A stretch of DNA of 64,000 nucleotides from Felis catus (GCF_018350175.1 NC_058375.1:204290001-204354000), one strand, 5' to 3'. Positions 37,451 to 51,442 are shown, counted from the stretch's first letter. A program made the numbers and translations. The notes: generated by a model from the letters alone, not told the origin.

Positions 37451-37854
37451 TGCCCTTCTACTTCCCTAACCAAGTATATTGGACCTTTCAAGAGTGCTCT
37501 TGTTTTTTGTTTATTATTTATCAATCTCTGGATTTAGATCAGGAGGAATGCCAACTTATAAAATACAAACTTAAGTTGTCTTTAGACTTGCTCCAGTCAA
37601 GGAGGTATCATTTTTCAGCCTGAGTATTTGATAATTGCTTATGTAAGTACATAATTGAGATACACTTAGGAAAAAAAAGACAGAATTGCACCCTCATTTG
37701 CTTGGCAGCAAAGGTATATGGTTTGAAGAAACCTTACCCTTAAATGATTAGACAGCTTGCGTGACTAATAAGAATCTTGTCCCTAAAGGAAAGTGGAATG
37801 TCTTACGAATACAAAAGGACTCAATTAGAGTTTTAAAATAGAATGTGATTGTGT

Positions 37855-37913
37855 GTTTTCTTTTTCTTTCTTTTTTCTTTCTTTCTTTTGTTCTTTCTTT
37901 CTTTCTTTCTTTC
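37855..37913. repeat. (TTTC)n low-complexity repeat
   Basis: Directly visible. Confidence 0.9.
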
Positions 37914-38945
37914 AAAGAAAAGGAGAGAGCTTTTAATATTTCAGATGGCCTCATTTTGGTGAGAAGACAATTTTAGGAAGTGCTTAAATTTAAGAAGCTG
38001 CTCTGCATCTTGGCTAATTTTGGACCTAGTCCAATCCCTGAAGGACTAAGAACAGATAAGTTTGCTTATACCTGGCTTTTTAAATAACTGCATCTTATAA
38101 TTCAAAACAGGGATGAGCTGTTGATATGGATTATTGCGCTCAGTAAAATGAAATTGTCGATATGCTTAGATATGCAAAGCATGTCCTCTGGCATGTCAGG
38201 AAATAGCTCATTCAACCCCTGAAACAGAAGATTTGCCTTTGAGACCATGACTATGCAAAGGCAACCATGCTCTTTATCTAGGAAATAAGGTGGAATGTGG
38301 ATAGTTGTCTTAACATGGAATCAAGGGTACCCTTTGTACCCAAACACTCTATTTTATAGAGAAGAACAACATGGACGGTACAGAACACTGGGGTTGTCTC
38401 TCAATGTGTTTGTTTTGGAGTTCTCATTTATCTACCACTTGGAACGGCCTGAAAACAACTATCTGGGGTCAGATCTTGTGAACAGTGATGCAAGTCTTAG
38501 CACATTTCAACAGCAATTTAGTCTGAAGACAACATGAATAGCCATTTGTTCAACTTGGACCAGTTCTCTCCTTTTGGTAAATCTCTATTCCCATTATGGG
38601 TTATTTGTTGGCTCCGTCCTATCATTTGACTTTAGATGCTTTCTGATAAGAACACTAGTAAAAGCTATCTGTCATATTCTGCAATGTTCTAGGTATGGTC
38701 GTAAATACCTTATTTCAATCTAACACTGTCAGTATTATGAGGATAGTTCTTGTTTCTCCATTCTATGGGTGAGTGAGAAGGTAAAGTGACTTTTAGACCC
38801 CAGAGATATTATATGGTACAAGAAAGATTTACCTACCAGTACTCTTGATCATACAGGTGTATTCATGCATTAAGGAAAAGGTGGAGCCTCACACACTTTG
38901 ACAGTCTTCTTGCACTCAGACCCATTGTGAATCCCTAGCTGAGTT

Positions 38946-38975
38946 ATTTATTTATTTATCTTAATGTTTATTTAT

Positions 38976-39026
<51 letters not shown>

Positions 39027-39200
39027 CAGACAGAGCATGAGTGGGGGAGAGGCAGAGAGAGAAGGAGACACGGAATCCGAAGCAGGTTCCAGGCTCTGAG
39101 CTGTCAGCACAGAGCCGGATGCGGGGCTCAAACCCACGAGCCATGAGATCATGACCTGAGTCAAAGTCAGACGCTCAACTGACGAAGCCACCCAGGTCCC
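38946..39200 (-). mobile_element. CanSINE with long (GA)n tract
   Basis: SINE body. TSD remnant CTGAGTT on both sides. Confidence 0.96.
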
Positions 39201-40876
39201 TCCTGCCTGAGTTTTCTTAAAGCCAATCATGCCAACGTATATTTGGTTAGGGTAAGTTTCCTAGGATCCTAAAAGTTCAGAGTTTGAAAAATGTTAGGCG
39301 TCCACCCCAAACCCAATTCTCTAAATGTACTTATAAGACACTGAGGGCCAAGAAGCAACAAACAAAAAACATATAGCACCACCACCACCACCACCACCAA
39401 CAAAAATCTTGCCTAGATTCACTCAAAGAGTTAGCAGCAGAACTGAAATTGATGCTCACTCCTTTGCACTGTCTTTGAACCATTCTGCCTCTATATTCCT
39501 AGTGATAGATTCACATCTTTACTTGTTTCTAAGGACACATTACAGAATTTTCCAGTCAGGGAAAGAGAAGTCACATTTTTCAAATGCTGTTGTTCTCTTT
39601 AAAAACTACATGAGGATTTAAAACATGCTTGTCGAGAAAATAATTACAGATGAAAACACAAATAACTGGGATGCTATTTAGAGACATCTGAAACCATAGT
39701 AGGTGTTTGAAAGTGGCAGAATAAACAAGGCACTAAATACAGGAGCTAAAAATGGGATTTAAAATCATACTGTTCAGTGTTTTCCAAGAAATTGCAAACA
39801 CAATGCCCGGGTGGTAGCATGATGAGGAGATACATGCGATGGGTTTTGGTGACATAAACAAAATGTTAATGTTTATTTTAACGGTATTAGAATATATATG
39901 TACATGTGTGCATCCAACTATGTATGTTTTGCATATATATTCTTTGAGCTCTTACTGCGTGTTGGGCTGGACAATATGAATGAACAGAAAGGACAAAGAT
40001 CCCTGCCCTCATGAAGCTGACATTGGCCAGTTAAGAATTGTCCATATAGCTTAGAGGCTGCTTTGAGTTTCACATCTTCTGGTCCCAGAACACAGTGGCT
40101 GTTCTCACTCTTGCCTTTAACTCCTGTCAAAGCCAGGCTCTCTTCACAGGTGTGAGTGGGTACAGCCTTTAGCTGGGATGAGAGAAAAAGCCTTTCAGCA
40201 CAGCCCAGGTTCTATCACAATAGATGGGCCTCATTAGGCATTCTCAGCTTCATAGATAATGCAGTCGTGGATGGCATCATTTGGTCTAGTGAAGAATTGC
40301 CCAGGAGATTGTGTTGACATCTGAGATTTATTTTAATCCTTTTCTTTTGCAGATTTTATAATGAGCATTGTAACAAAGTGCGCCAAAGAATCATTACATG
40401 TCTTATAAAATCTTAATAATGCAAAAATTAGAAATGTTTTTCATGCATATGTTCAATTTGTTCAGAACCCACAGATTTCACTTTGCTGATTAGCACATAG
40501 TACCCTGTAAGGGGACATTGCCTTTAAGAGATCATGATTCCTGAATTGCCGTGCATCCTTTTGTTCTGAATATCGCTTATGCTTATAGGCGTTGCTGTCA
40601 AATTTCGCAATTTGGACAAAGAAGATATGAAATGTGCAGATACTTGTGGACCAGGGTTCTTTTATTCTCATTTATTCACTAACGTTTATTGACTGACTTC
40701 CTCAAGCATAGCATTAAGTATAAAGAAGTTTAAAAAAATAAGGCCTTAGAAATGAAGAGAATTTCCTGATTACATGAACCAAAAAAAAACAAAAAAAAAA
40801 TGTTGAAAATATCCTAGAATGTCCCCAAATTCTTATTATGATTGTGTCTACTTCATCACATTAATCATCTTGTTCT

Positions 40877-41108
40877 AAATATTTTTTTGAATATTTATTT
40901 TTGGAGAGAGAGAGAGAGAGAGAAAGGGAGAGAGGCAGAGCGTAAGTGGGGGAGGCACAGAGCGAGAGGGAGACCCAGAATCTGAAGCAGGCTCCAGGCT
41001 CTGAGCTGTCAGCACAGAGCCCGACGCGGGGCTCGAACTCACAAAATGCGAGATCATAACCTGAGCCAAAGTTGGGCGCTTAACCGACCGAGGCTCCCAG
41101 GCTCCCCC
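40877..41108 (-). mobile_element. CanSINE
   Basis: SINE body. Degenerate TSD TAATCATCTTGTTCT (40862-40876) vs TAACGATCTCGTTCT (41109-41123). Confidence 0.96.
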
Positions 41109-41400
41109 TAACGATCTCGTTCTTTTGGTAGTTTTCCCCCCACCTCTCTCCATCTAGTCCAGGGGGGATCATCAGGCTATGGCTCATGGGTTTCTCTTGT
41201 AAAATTTGCCTGGAAGTCCTGTCCACCATCCACTATGATGACCGCTGTGCAAACCTTGTACTCCTTCAGGCATTCAGGATTTTGTTCCCTAACATTAAAG
41301 CCACTAAGAATTTATATTGAGGGGAAGTGAGAGAGACAAATGCTTTAGGAACATGCTGTTAAAATGGGAGCACAGTGAGTGAGAAGAAAAAATCAGAGCA

Positions 41401-41718
41401 CTGCACTACCCATTATGGCAGTCACTGGCCACACGTGGCTGTTAAACACTTGGAATGTGGCTAGTCTGAATTAAGATGAATGACAAGCATAAAATAGACA
41501 CTGAATTTCAGAGCCTGCGTGAAAAAAAAGCAATGTAAAATATCTCCTACATAATTTTTATTGATTACCTGTTGAAGAGATAATATTTTGGATATATTGT
41601 ATCAAATAAAATATATTATTAAAATTAATTTTATCTGCTTCTTTTAACTTTTTCCAGAAAATTTTAAATTGCACTCGTGGCTTTCACGTGGCTTAATTAT
41701 ATTCTGCTGGAAGCGCTG
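41401..41718. mobile_element. MER33 (hAT-Charlie)
   Basis: GGCCACACGTGGCTGTTAAACACTTGGAATGTGGCTAGTCTGAATT...GATAATATTTTGGATATATTG...AAAATATATTATTAAAATTAATTT. Confidence 0.85.
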
Positions 41719-41719
41719 T

Positions 41720-42400
41720 TATAGAAGATGAGATATGAAAGGTGATAGCAGGCCCATTTTTTTAATGCTTTGTATGCCATTGTAAGGACATTTGCATTTG
41801 CTTTAAGTGAGAGGGAAGCCATTAAAGGGTTTGAGCAGAAAATGGGCATACTCTGCCATTTTTGTAACAGGATCCCTCTGGCTGCTCTTTTATAGGCTCT
41901 AAGAGAACAAAGGTGAAATCAAGGAGATCCCTGGGGTGACATTGCAATAATCCAGGATTGGGATGTTCCTGGCTTGGGTAGCAACATAGAAGGTGAGAAA
42001 TGGTCAGATACCAGAGGATTTTCTGATGTATTCAAAGTGGAAGGTGAGAGGGAGAGAGAAACTGAGAATTAGTCTTCAGAGTGTTTGTCTTGAGAATCCA
42101 TTAGGATTCAACTGTCATTCACTGAAATGGAGAAGATGGGAGAGAGAGTGGATTTGGGCCGAAGCTCAAGAGTTTAGTTTGTACGTGTCAAATTTGAGAT
42201 GTGTGTTGGGCATCCAAATGGAAGATTAATGAGGCGGTTTGATAGAAGGGTCAGGAAGAAGCCATGGCAAAAGATAAACCTTGGAGGATCTTCAATATAA
42301 AACTGGTATTAGTGCCATGAGATTGGATGGTGTCATCAATGGGATAAGTAGAGACAAAGAAGAGGCTGGAGGACCAAGCCTGAGGGCACTCAGAGTTCAT
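41720..42400 (-). mobile_element. LINE-2 fragment
   Basis: GGGAAGCCATTAAAGGGTTTGAGCAG...AGGATCCCTCTGGCTGCT...GCCATGAGATTGGATG...GGACCAAGCCTGAGGGCACTC. Confidence 0.88.
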
Positions 42401-42889
42401 GAGCAGAGTCACTGATACAGCTGCTCTGTAACGCACTCGCTAGCAGTCCCATCCCACTGGTGTAGACTTCTCTGGAAGGAGAAACACCATTATAAATTGT
42501 AAAACTCCTGTTTATCTTGGGCTAAGTAGTTAGAGCAAGAGGTGTGTTAATCAGTGCGAGGAAGTCATAATTAAAGTGTTTTCCTCCATGTACAGATATG
42601 AGTCATCATTTAAATAGACAAATTGCATTGCAATGAACTCTTAGAGATATTCTAATTTTATAAATAATTTGAAATTCCAGTGATCCCAATACCAGAGTGT
42701 TTCATCAATTATCTCAAAAGCTACCTTCTCCTAATTTCTTAGTAAAAATTTTAATTTTATATCACCTTAATTTGTTTAATGTTTCACAGTGCTCTGAGAT
42801 TCAAATAAAATGATAAGGTCTTACAACTCTAAAATAGTGGGAATCACTGTGACATAGAGTTTCTGAACACACACTATAAATACATTTTC

Positions 42890-43117
42890 TATTTTTTTTT
42901 TTAATTTTTTTTTTCAACCTTTATTTATTTTTGGGACAGAGAGAGACAGAGCATGAACGGGGGAGGGGCAGAGAGAGAGGGAGACACAGAATCTGAAGCA
43001 GGCTTCAGGCTCTGAGCCATCAGCCCAGAGCCCGACGCGGGGCTCGAGCTCACGGACCGCGAGATCGTGACCTGGCTGAAGTCGGACGCTTAACCGACTG
43101 CGCCACCCAGGCGCCCC
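42890..43117 (-). mobile_element. Young feline SINEC_Fc-type copy
   Basis: CpG-rich. Perfect 15-bp TSD TATAAATACATTTTC at 42875-42889 and 43118-43132. Confidence 0.98.
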
Positions 43118-43261
43118 TATAAATACATTTTCAAGAACTCTCGATCTTGTCTTCTAGAAAATAGGCTTCTTATATGTCCACTTGCTGCTGTATTTTGAAC
43201 CATCTCTTCTGAGGTTTCTGAGTTTCTTTCTCACTTCAAACCTGATCAACATATCTGTTTC

Positions 43262-43323
43262 ATTTTTTTAAAAAAATTATTAAATTTTTTAAATGTGTAT
43301 TTATTTTTGAGAGACAGAGAGAC

Positions 43324-43374
<51 letters not shown>

Positions 43375-43542
43375 ACAAGCTGGGGAGGGGCAGAGAGAGA
43401 GAGGGAGACACAGAATCTGAAGCAGGCTCCAGGCTCCAAACTGTCAGCACAGAGCCTGATATGGGGCTCTAACTCATGAACCAGGAGATAACTACCTGAG
43501 CCAAAGTCAGAAGCTTCACCAACTGAGCCATCCAGGCAACCC
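43262..43542 (-). mobile_element. CanSINE
   Basis: SINE body. TSD AACAT(A/G)TCTGTTTC on both sides. Confidence 0.95.
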
Positions 43543-43724
43543 AACATGTCTGTTTCTTAAAAGTGAAGATTGCACAAAGGGATGGGAAGTAGAAGCTAAG
43601 ATTAAAAGCAGAATAAACTTATCCTACTGTAGAATACCCAGGATGTGATGTGAAAATTTAGCTGCTTCTTCTAGACATAGAAACTGTGTGTTTCTCTACT
43701 TATGTAGCTAGAGAGTGGAAAGAA

Positions 43725-43968
43725 TGTGGGAAGGCTAAGAATCTAGGCTCTGGAGTGATACTACTTGAGTTCAAATCGAGTTCTATTCAATAGTCATGTG
43801 AATGTGGACAAAATTTGAATCTTCTCTATACTTTCTATTTCTCATATACACAATGAGAATAATATTAGTTCCTACATCATACTGTTGTTATAAAGATCAC
43901 ATGAATTAATACTTATTAAACAGTAATAATGCCCGGCTAAGAACTCTATAAATGTCAACTATTGTTAT
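43725..43968 (+). mobile_element. MIR, near full length
   Basis: GGCTCTGGAGT...TTGAGTTCAAATC...TTTCTCATATACACAATGAGAATAATA...CTATAAATGTCAACTATTGTTA. Confidence 0.85.
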
Positions 43969-44364
43969 CTATCTACCTATATATCTATTGATCATGTATC
44001 TATTATGCTTTATACACTAAAAGTGCTATCATCAAGGAGCATTTGTTCTGGTTTTGCACAAAAAAAAAACCTGTTTTCGACTGTAAGTCCCATCCTTCTA
44101 GGATTCCAGAATATTGAGATGTTCTTAAATCTCAGATTTTGTGCTTTTTTCCACTCCTTAGACTCCTGAGGCCACTAGTCATACATGTATATGACTTTAA
44201 TTCAAAGGCTCCCTTTATCACAGTCCTTTTGATTTCTTTATGTCACCAACTTCTGCTGTTCTTGTGCCACATACACAATGTCATTCCCTCTGGGGGCTTC
44301 CATGGCCTCCAGGTACCATGAGAAACATAACTTAATAGCTTAAGATATAGTAACCAACATCACA

Positions 44365-46510
44365 TTTATCTTCCTGCCTGAAATAACAGCACACAGATGG
44401 ATAAAATATATAAAACAATGCTTTGTGGGACACTGGACATCAGGCAATGGAGTTTAGTGGTCCCTAAGAGGAAACGAGTCCTATGATTGCCCCAGCTTAC
44501 TGTCAGGAGAGATGCGGCAATCCACAGCATAGGGAAGGAGGATCCAGGCAGAGTCTGGTGTATTCCCTGAGTCCAGGAGATAGGTCTGAGAGTCTGGGAA
44601 AACCAGCTAGGGTTCACAGGACAGAGGACTGGAGAAGACAGAACTGTACAGAAACTGTAGATGGTTCTCCTCTAGAATCTAACTGAATACTGATATGCAC
44701 ATGCATGTGAGGAACTGTCCAAAGCGAGGAGAAGAATCATCTAAAAGGATTAGACATAAAAGTGCCCAGCAGACAAACACAGCTCGACTAGCGCTTTTTC
44801 CCATCAGCCATACTGGAAAACCTCAAGATTCATATACACTGGGTAGAGTTCTTAAAAAGATCTTGCCTTAGTGGTGAGAAATTTCAGTCCTAGACTGGGA
44901 ATTGTTCTGATCCCATGTAAGAAATCTTAAATGAATGACACAAAAGGGCCAAACTACTTCCAAATAATGTAACTGCATTCTGAAACAAAGCTCCAGAATA
45001 TTTATACAAATACAAAAATCATCTAGCTCTAACAAGGTAATATTCACAATATTTGGCATTCAATCAAAATTACTATTTATGGAAGAAGCAGGAATATCAG
45101 TCAATCAGTCAAAACCAACTCAGTATTGACACAGGTGTTAGAATTAGCAAATAAGAATATAAAAATAATTATTATATCTGTATTCCATAAATGCAAAAAG
45201 TTAACATATGAAAAATAAATAAATAAAACTTTCTGTTAAAAACTGTAATGTCTGAGATGAAAAATATACTGGATGGTATTAGTGGCAGGTTGGGCATTGT
45301 AAAAGAAAGATCAATGAACTTGAAGGCATAACATTAGAAACCATTTCAAATGAAACAAAACAAACAACAACTACTACAAAAAAAAAAAAGAAATAAAGAA
45401 AAGAAAATGAAAAGAACAGTAGTAAGCCATGGGGAAACTTCCAGTGGTTTAATATATATGTAATTGGAGTGTCCAAAAGACTGATAGGTAGAAAATACAC
45501 TTGAAGAAATGATGATTGAAAATTTTCCAAATTTTGTAAAGATTATAAGCCCACAGATCTAAGAAGCTTGGCAAATCCCAATCACAAGATACATGAAGAA
45601 AGCTGTATAAAGGCACATAACAATCAAATGGTGTTCAAAACCAATGATAAAGAGAAAAACTTCAGAAGTAGCCAGAGGGAAAAAAATCACATGATGTCCA
45701 GAGGAACAAAGATAAGTATTGCAGAAAGTTTATCATCTGAAAGAGTGAAAGTGAGAAGATTGTAGAGCAACATCTTTTAAAGTACCAAAATAAAAAAAAA
45801 AAAACAATCATCAATTTAGAATTCTAGACTGAACTAAAATATCTTTAAAAACAACACTGAAATAAAGATTCATATATATAAAAGGTTGAAAAACCTCTAT
45901 CACCAGCAGATCTGCAGGATAAGAAGTGTTAAAAGAAGTTCTTAGAAAAGAAAGAAGATTTTACCAGATGGAAATATGGATTCTGCAAAGAAATGGAAAG
46001 AACTAATAACAGTAATTTAATAGAAAAAAATATAGTAAATATTTCTTATCATTTAAGTATCTTTAAAGATAATTAATGCTTTAAACAGTAATAACAATGC
46101 AATTCAGGTGTATAGCATATGTGAAAGTAAAAATATGAAAATCATAGCATAAAGGTCAGAAGGGAGAATAGGATAGTATTATAAGGTACTTATACAGCAT
46201 GTGAAGTGGTATAATATCACGTGGAGGTAGACTGCGACAAGTTAAAATATATACTATAAACTCTAAAGCAACCATGAATGAATTACTTAGTTAATCTATT
46301 TATTTACTATTTTATACATTTTTAAAAAGTTTATTTGTTTTTTTGTTTGTTTGTTTATGTGATCTCTACACCCGGTGTGGGACTCGAGCTCATGACCCTG
46401 AGATCAAGAGTTTCATGTTCTTCTAAGTGACCCAGCCAGATGTCCTGCAACCACTAACTTAAAAAGTTATAGCTAACAATCCAACAAAAGAGATAAAATA
46501 GAATCTTAAA
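44365..46510 (+). mobile_element. Old L1 5'UTR, ORF1 and inter-ORF relic (L1MC/MD-like)
   Basis: ORF1-like AATATATATGTAATTGGAGTGTCC (NIYVIGV), GAAAATTTTCCAAATTT (ENFPN) and CCACAGATCTAAGAAGC; disrupted by stops. Confidence 0.88.
46276..46446 (-). mobile_element. Short old CanSINE (tRNA-head type)
   Basis: ATCTCTACACCCGGTGTGGGACTCGAGCTCATGACCCTGAGATCAAGAG. TSD GCAACCA at 46268-46274 and 46447-46453. Confidence 0.85.
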
Positions 46511-46989
46511 GAAAAGTGTACTGTCTAATGAATATTTTAAGTAAAAATCATAGGATTGCACATTAGACTTCTGGAGATCTATTCATTTATAAATAGAAGA
46601 GTTAATTTTGAAGAGAGTATAAAAAAAACACTTGGAAAAGTTCATCTGACACTGGTCTCAGGGTATGTCAATCATCTTTGTACTGCAAATAACCTGAAAA
46701 CATGAAACTTATCTCAAGACTGTTGCAGGAATTAGTTGGAATTTCAACAGGAAGTACAGACTTGAATCAGGAAGCAACCCACTTCTCTTCCTGCACATGG
46801 TGGATTGTGAACATAAGTGTTGGGGCTCATTTCCAACATTCAGCTCTTACATGATGGCCTCTTTTTCCTACAGGAAGTTAGCTTATAGAAGGAGGCTATA
46901 CTTAAAGTAATTTCGGTCTTAATGCCTAACCGGTGCTCATTAAAATAAATATAAATTTTATAAAAATGGTACAAGTCTAAAGCCAAACA

Positions 46990-48290
46990 GTGGATACCAT
47001 CTACCTACAGATTTCAACCAATTCCTGGAAGATAAAACACAGATGGAAGAATATTACATGAGAAACAAAGGGTAAGAGCATCAGCTCACAGCATCAACAC
47101 TGAGATTGCTGTGGTCAGGAGAGAAAACGGACCCGCCTATCAGAGAACCACGACCCATGGACACAACTGAGAAATAGATCAAAAATCAGAGGTGTTCATA
47201 AGAGGTCTGCATATACAATGGCTGACAGCCCTCTTTCCTTTACCTGTTTGTAAAATCCCTAACTGCAAAATGTTTATTTCCCAGTCAAAACAACAATGGA
47301 TGAAATACAGAAGTTTCGGGTTTTGTATTTTTCCTATAGAACCTATAGGTATTATTAGAAGGAAATAATATAAATAATGTGAATCCAGTGACCTAGAGAA
47401 AAACCCTTCACATTTTAGCATCTAAGGGAGGGTGCCTCCAGTATAATGGTGAACTTGGACCCATTTATGCTAAATTGAAGCATCCATCAAAAAAACTCCA
47501 CCCAAGCCTACAGACTCCTCAGTAAGCCTTTCTGTCGCCTAGATTTTAAATGTGAAAAGATAACAAAGAATCGTCAGGCTTTTGAGGAAATAATCCACAC
47601 AAATGGAAAAACTTATCAAAAGGAAAATGAGGTGATTCAGGAACAGGGAACGTATAAAAGTCTAGTCAATATTTATAAAAATTCAAGGAAATTTTATACC
47701 TATTAAATAAAACCAACTATTTTTGTTTACCATATTTAAATGTTTTCAATGTTTATTCATTTTTTGAGGGAGAGAGAGAGACAGACAGAACGCGTAGGGG
47801 GTGGGGACAGAAAGAGAGGGAGACACAGAATCTGAAGCAAGTTCTAGGCTCTTAGCTCTAAACATAGAACCTACTGCCAGGTTCAAACTCACCCACCCGA
47901 TGCGGGGCTCAAACTCACAAACCATGCGATCATGACCTGAGACAAAGTCACATGCCTAACCAACTGAGCCACCCAAGTACACCATACCATATTTTAATAT
48001 GCTATTAAGAAGGAGTCGTCCTTCTAAAGCAAGCAAGAGCTCCTGAACATTTAAAATGTATTTGTCAAAAGAGAAAGAGGTCAATAGAAGGTTTGGAAGA
48101 AAATGTTTAGAAACAAACAAAAATCTTCAAATGTAGAACATAAAGAGTCAGAAAACATGAGAGAAAAAGTGAGCCATAAGTTGAAGATTAGTTAGATTGT
48201 TCCAAAAGAAGACAGTGAAGAAAAAGGAAGAAGAGAAACTATCCGTGTGTCTGGATGTGTCCCCCGATATTTGAGAAATGGGAAAAATCA
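46990..48290 (+). mobile_element. Ancient L1/HAL1 5'-ORF1-like fragments
   Basis: A-rich; TCAATAGAAGGTTTGGAAGAAAATGTTTAGAA and ATTGTTCCAAAAGAAGA resemble decayed ORF1. Boundaries uncertain. Confidence 0.5.
47738..47984 (-). mobile_element. CanSINE with internal duplication
   Basis: SINE body. TSD TACCATATTT at 47728-47737 and 47985-47994. Confidence 0.93.
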
Positions 48291-49424
48291 GCAAATCCTT
48301 ATTGTTCAGGAATAATGTGACCCCGGGCAAGTTGCTTGTTCTGTATATTTTACAGATGTTTTTGCATTTATTGTAACTGCCCTTTTAAATGTTATAAAAT
48401 AGGACATAGTATACCATAAAATATTATCATTGCTATAGTGATTAGTATTCATTTTTAAAACGGTATGCTACCCATAAAAATTCTCTTTTACCCATCATAA
48501 ATGCACGCATATGGTCCTAAGTCCTATTTAAAGGAGGGTGCTTTCTAATTTAAAACAAAACAAAACAAAACCCTCCATGAAAAGGGCCTTCTGCAAGTAC
48601 ATAGGCTAGGTTATTCATGCCATATACAATTATGACAGAGTTGATATATGGCTGAAATTCTCTTTTCTTGTCAATCATTCTCTTCTTTGCCTACTTCTCT
48701 TTGGGGCTCACTTCGAAATAAATGAGATGTGCTGTATTACAAACTACTGAACTTCAGGTAGCTCTGATGAGCGTACAATATAATTCATCTGAAGCGATAA
48801 AGTCACAAGTACGTTTAGATAGATAATTTCATAATGCTGGTCATTACACCTTGGTTTCTCGAACTTTAAATAGAAGGTGATTGAGGGCAAGATCAAATAA
48901 TAGCATCCAACTAGCTTTTCCCAGAAGCTTATATTTTTCAGAGCTAAGAGACTTAGAGATCATATAATGTAATTCAACATCTGCATTTTCGAGATCAGAG
49001 TATTAATTAAGGCATTTGTTGATGATGTTCATTCTTCATGGCAGAGCCAACTCTTCTAAACACCTGCAAGACTATTCTTCCTGATATATTTTTTTCTTAG
49101 TTGTTGAGTGTCCTGTACATTTCTAAAAGGAAACAAAAAACATAACTTTATAACAAAAATTGGTATTTCAAGAGAAATACAGTCTCAGGGGTTGAAATAA
49201 TGTATACAGAGGTTTCAAGTACAGCACACAAGCAATTTTTTTAATTTTATTTAATGAAACTGAAATGTATTCTTTAGTTATTTAAATCAAGTGTGTGAGA
49301 ACGTATGTTCTTACATGATATCATGAAGGCATTCTATTTTCTAATCGTGTTATCGAATCACCAAAAGATATTTTATTTTCCATCTTACCTCCTACTTTTC
49401 TTGGTTTAATAATCCTTTTAAAGG

Positions 49425-49596
49425 NNNNNNNNNNNNNNNNNNNNNNNNNNNNNNNNNNNNNNNNNNNNNNNNNNNNNNNNNNNNNNNNNNNNNNNNNNNN
49501 NNNNNNNNNNNNNNNNNNNNNNNNNNNNNNNNNNNNNNNNNNNNNNNNNNNNNNNNNNNNNNNNNNNNNNNNNNNNNNNNNNNNNNNNNNNNNNNN
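49425..49596. other. Assembly gap
   Basis: Run of N. Confidence 1.
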
Positions 49597-50059
49597 TGAA
49601 ATGTTCTTAAGCATCTGATTTTGTAGTCAAGTATAGCTCAATTTGCATACTTCTTTATTTGCATTTGACCTAGACACCTGCATTACTTTTTGGAGAATTC
49701 TACTTTTATGGTGCTTTTGAACACTTTACTGCCACCCCACCATGACAAAATGCGTTTTGCTTGCTGTGGCTCATCGAGGGGTGCACAGCGTGATTATTTT
49801 TAACCTTTTACTTGTTTTCATTTAAGTCAGAACAAGTTGTTTACTCTATTACGAGGGTATTTTGCTGTTCATAAGTTTACTTTCTCAGCCAGTCTTTAAA
49901 AACGACATGTGGTTTTAGAGACATAGGCATTTTTTGAAAACAGAATGCAAATGATACCTATTGAGATCACAATTGTTCATGTGAACATAAATGGCTCCCT
50001 GCTTTCGCTGTACCAATATTAGATCTCATTTTTCTGTCTTCGCTGACCTGGAGGAAATA

Positions 50060-50660
50060 AACATCCCAAACTCCTATGTCCTAAATAGAACCTATCAGCT
50101 TCCCACTTTGCTGCAAAATAAGGCATCGCTTCAAATCCCTCTCCTGCTTCCCTTTCTGTCCTAGTTGAAAACCTGGCAGTTACCCTTGATTCTTTTCTTT
50201 TCCACTCTCCTGTATCAGATCAATCACAAAGTTTGGTTGAATCTACCTTTTTCAGATGTGTTTGGTCTATTGTTTCTCCATCCCCATAGCCATCGCCTCA
50301 ATTCAGGCTCCCACCATGTCTTAGCCGGACCATTTCAACACCCTTGTTACTCTACTTCCGGCATTCAATTTTCCTCCTTTCCAATACAGCAACTTTTCCG
50401 AATGTAAAGTTTAAATATCACATTGCCTTGCTCAAAATGCAAAATGCAAAATATCCCGATGGCCTGTAGGGTAAAAATTAAACACCTTTCATGCTTACAC
50501 ATCTGCAAAATCTGGCTCCCGATCGCCTCTTCAGCCCCTGCTTCCCACTGACTCCTCCTCAGACACTACTCGTTAGCCATATGGAATTTCTTATTGCACG
50601 GGGCTTTCATGCACTTCTGAACTCAGGCATGTACTGAGCCTAGAATTCCCATTTCCTGAC
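50060..50660 (+). mobile_element. LINE-2 fragment
   Basis: AAAACCTGGCAGTTACCCTTGATTC...TCAATCACAAAGTTTGGTTGAATCTACCT...TTCAGGCTCCCACCAT. Confidence 0.82.
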
Positions 50661-50679
50661 TGCATGGCGGGCGAGGTAC

Positions 50680-50930
50680 GTTAGGAAGATTAATGGGTTT
50701 CCCGAGTACAGGCAGCAACATAGGGTCTGCATTGCGGTGCTCCCACCTGTTAGCTGTGGGACCTTGGCCACATTACTCCGTTTCCTCAAGTCTCAGTTTT
50801 CTCATCTGATAAATGGTAAGAGTAATACTGTCTGCCTCCTTGGATTCTTGTGAGATTTATGTGCATAAACCGTGAAGTATGGTGTCTGGCCCATGGTGAT
50901 CAATGAATGCTAGCTATTACCATTGCTAAT
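50680..50930 (+). mobile_element. MIR
   Basis: TAGCTGTGGGACCTTGGCCA...CTCAGTTTTCTCATCTGATAAATGG...TCAATGAATGCTAGCTATTA. Confidence 0.85.
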
Positions 50931-51224
50931 AATTAGGAATAATTATGTCATTATGATCAAAGGAAACAAAGCTATTAAGGACATCATGTTGCATCTCATA
51001 TGAACCGCCTAAAGCTATACTTGATAGCTATGGCAAAAAAAAAAAAAAAGCTATGCTTTTTCTCTACTCTGCCTTAAATAATCATCTAATTTGGAAGTCA
51101 AATCTGTGTGATTATAAATACCATAGTTCATCTTCTGTGGATGTCCATGGACTGAGAAATTACAGTCACCAAGAAAATATCAACTGCTAGATATTACATA
51201 TTTGATTAATATCTCATAGATTTC

Positions 51225-51442
51225 TTTTTTTTAAATTATTTTTAAGTTTATTTTGAGAGAGAGAGAGACAGTATGAGCGGGGGGTGGGGAAGCAGAGCGA
51301 GAGGGAGAGAGAGAATCCCATGCAGGCTCCGTGTTCTCAGTGCAGAGCCAGATGCGGGGCTTGAACTCACAATCCACGAGATCATGACCTGAGCTGAAAT
51401 CAAGAGCAGGATGCATAACTGACTGAGCCACCCGGGCGCCCC
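51225..51442 (-). mobile_element. CanSINE
   Basis: ...GAGCTGAAATCAAGAG...GAGCCACCCGGGCGCCCC. Confidence 0.95.
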
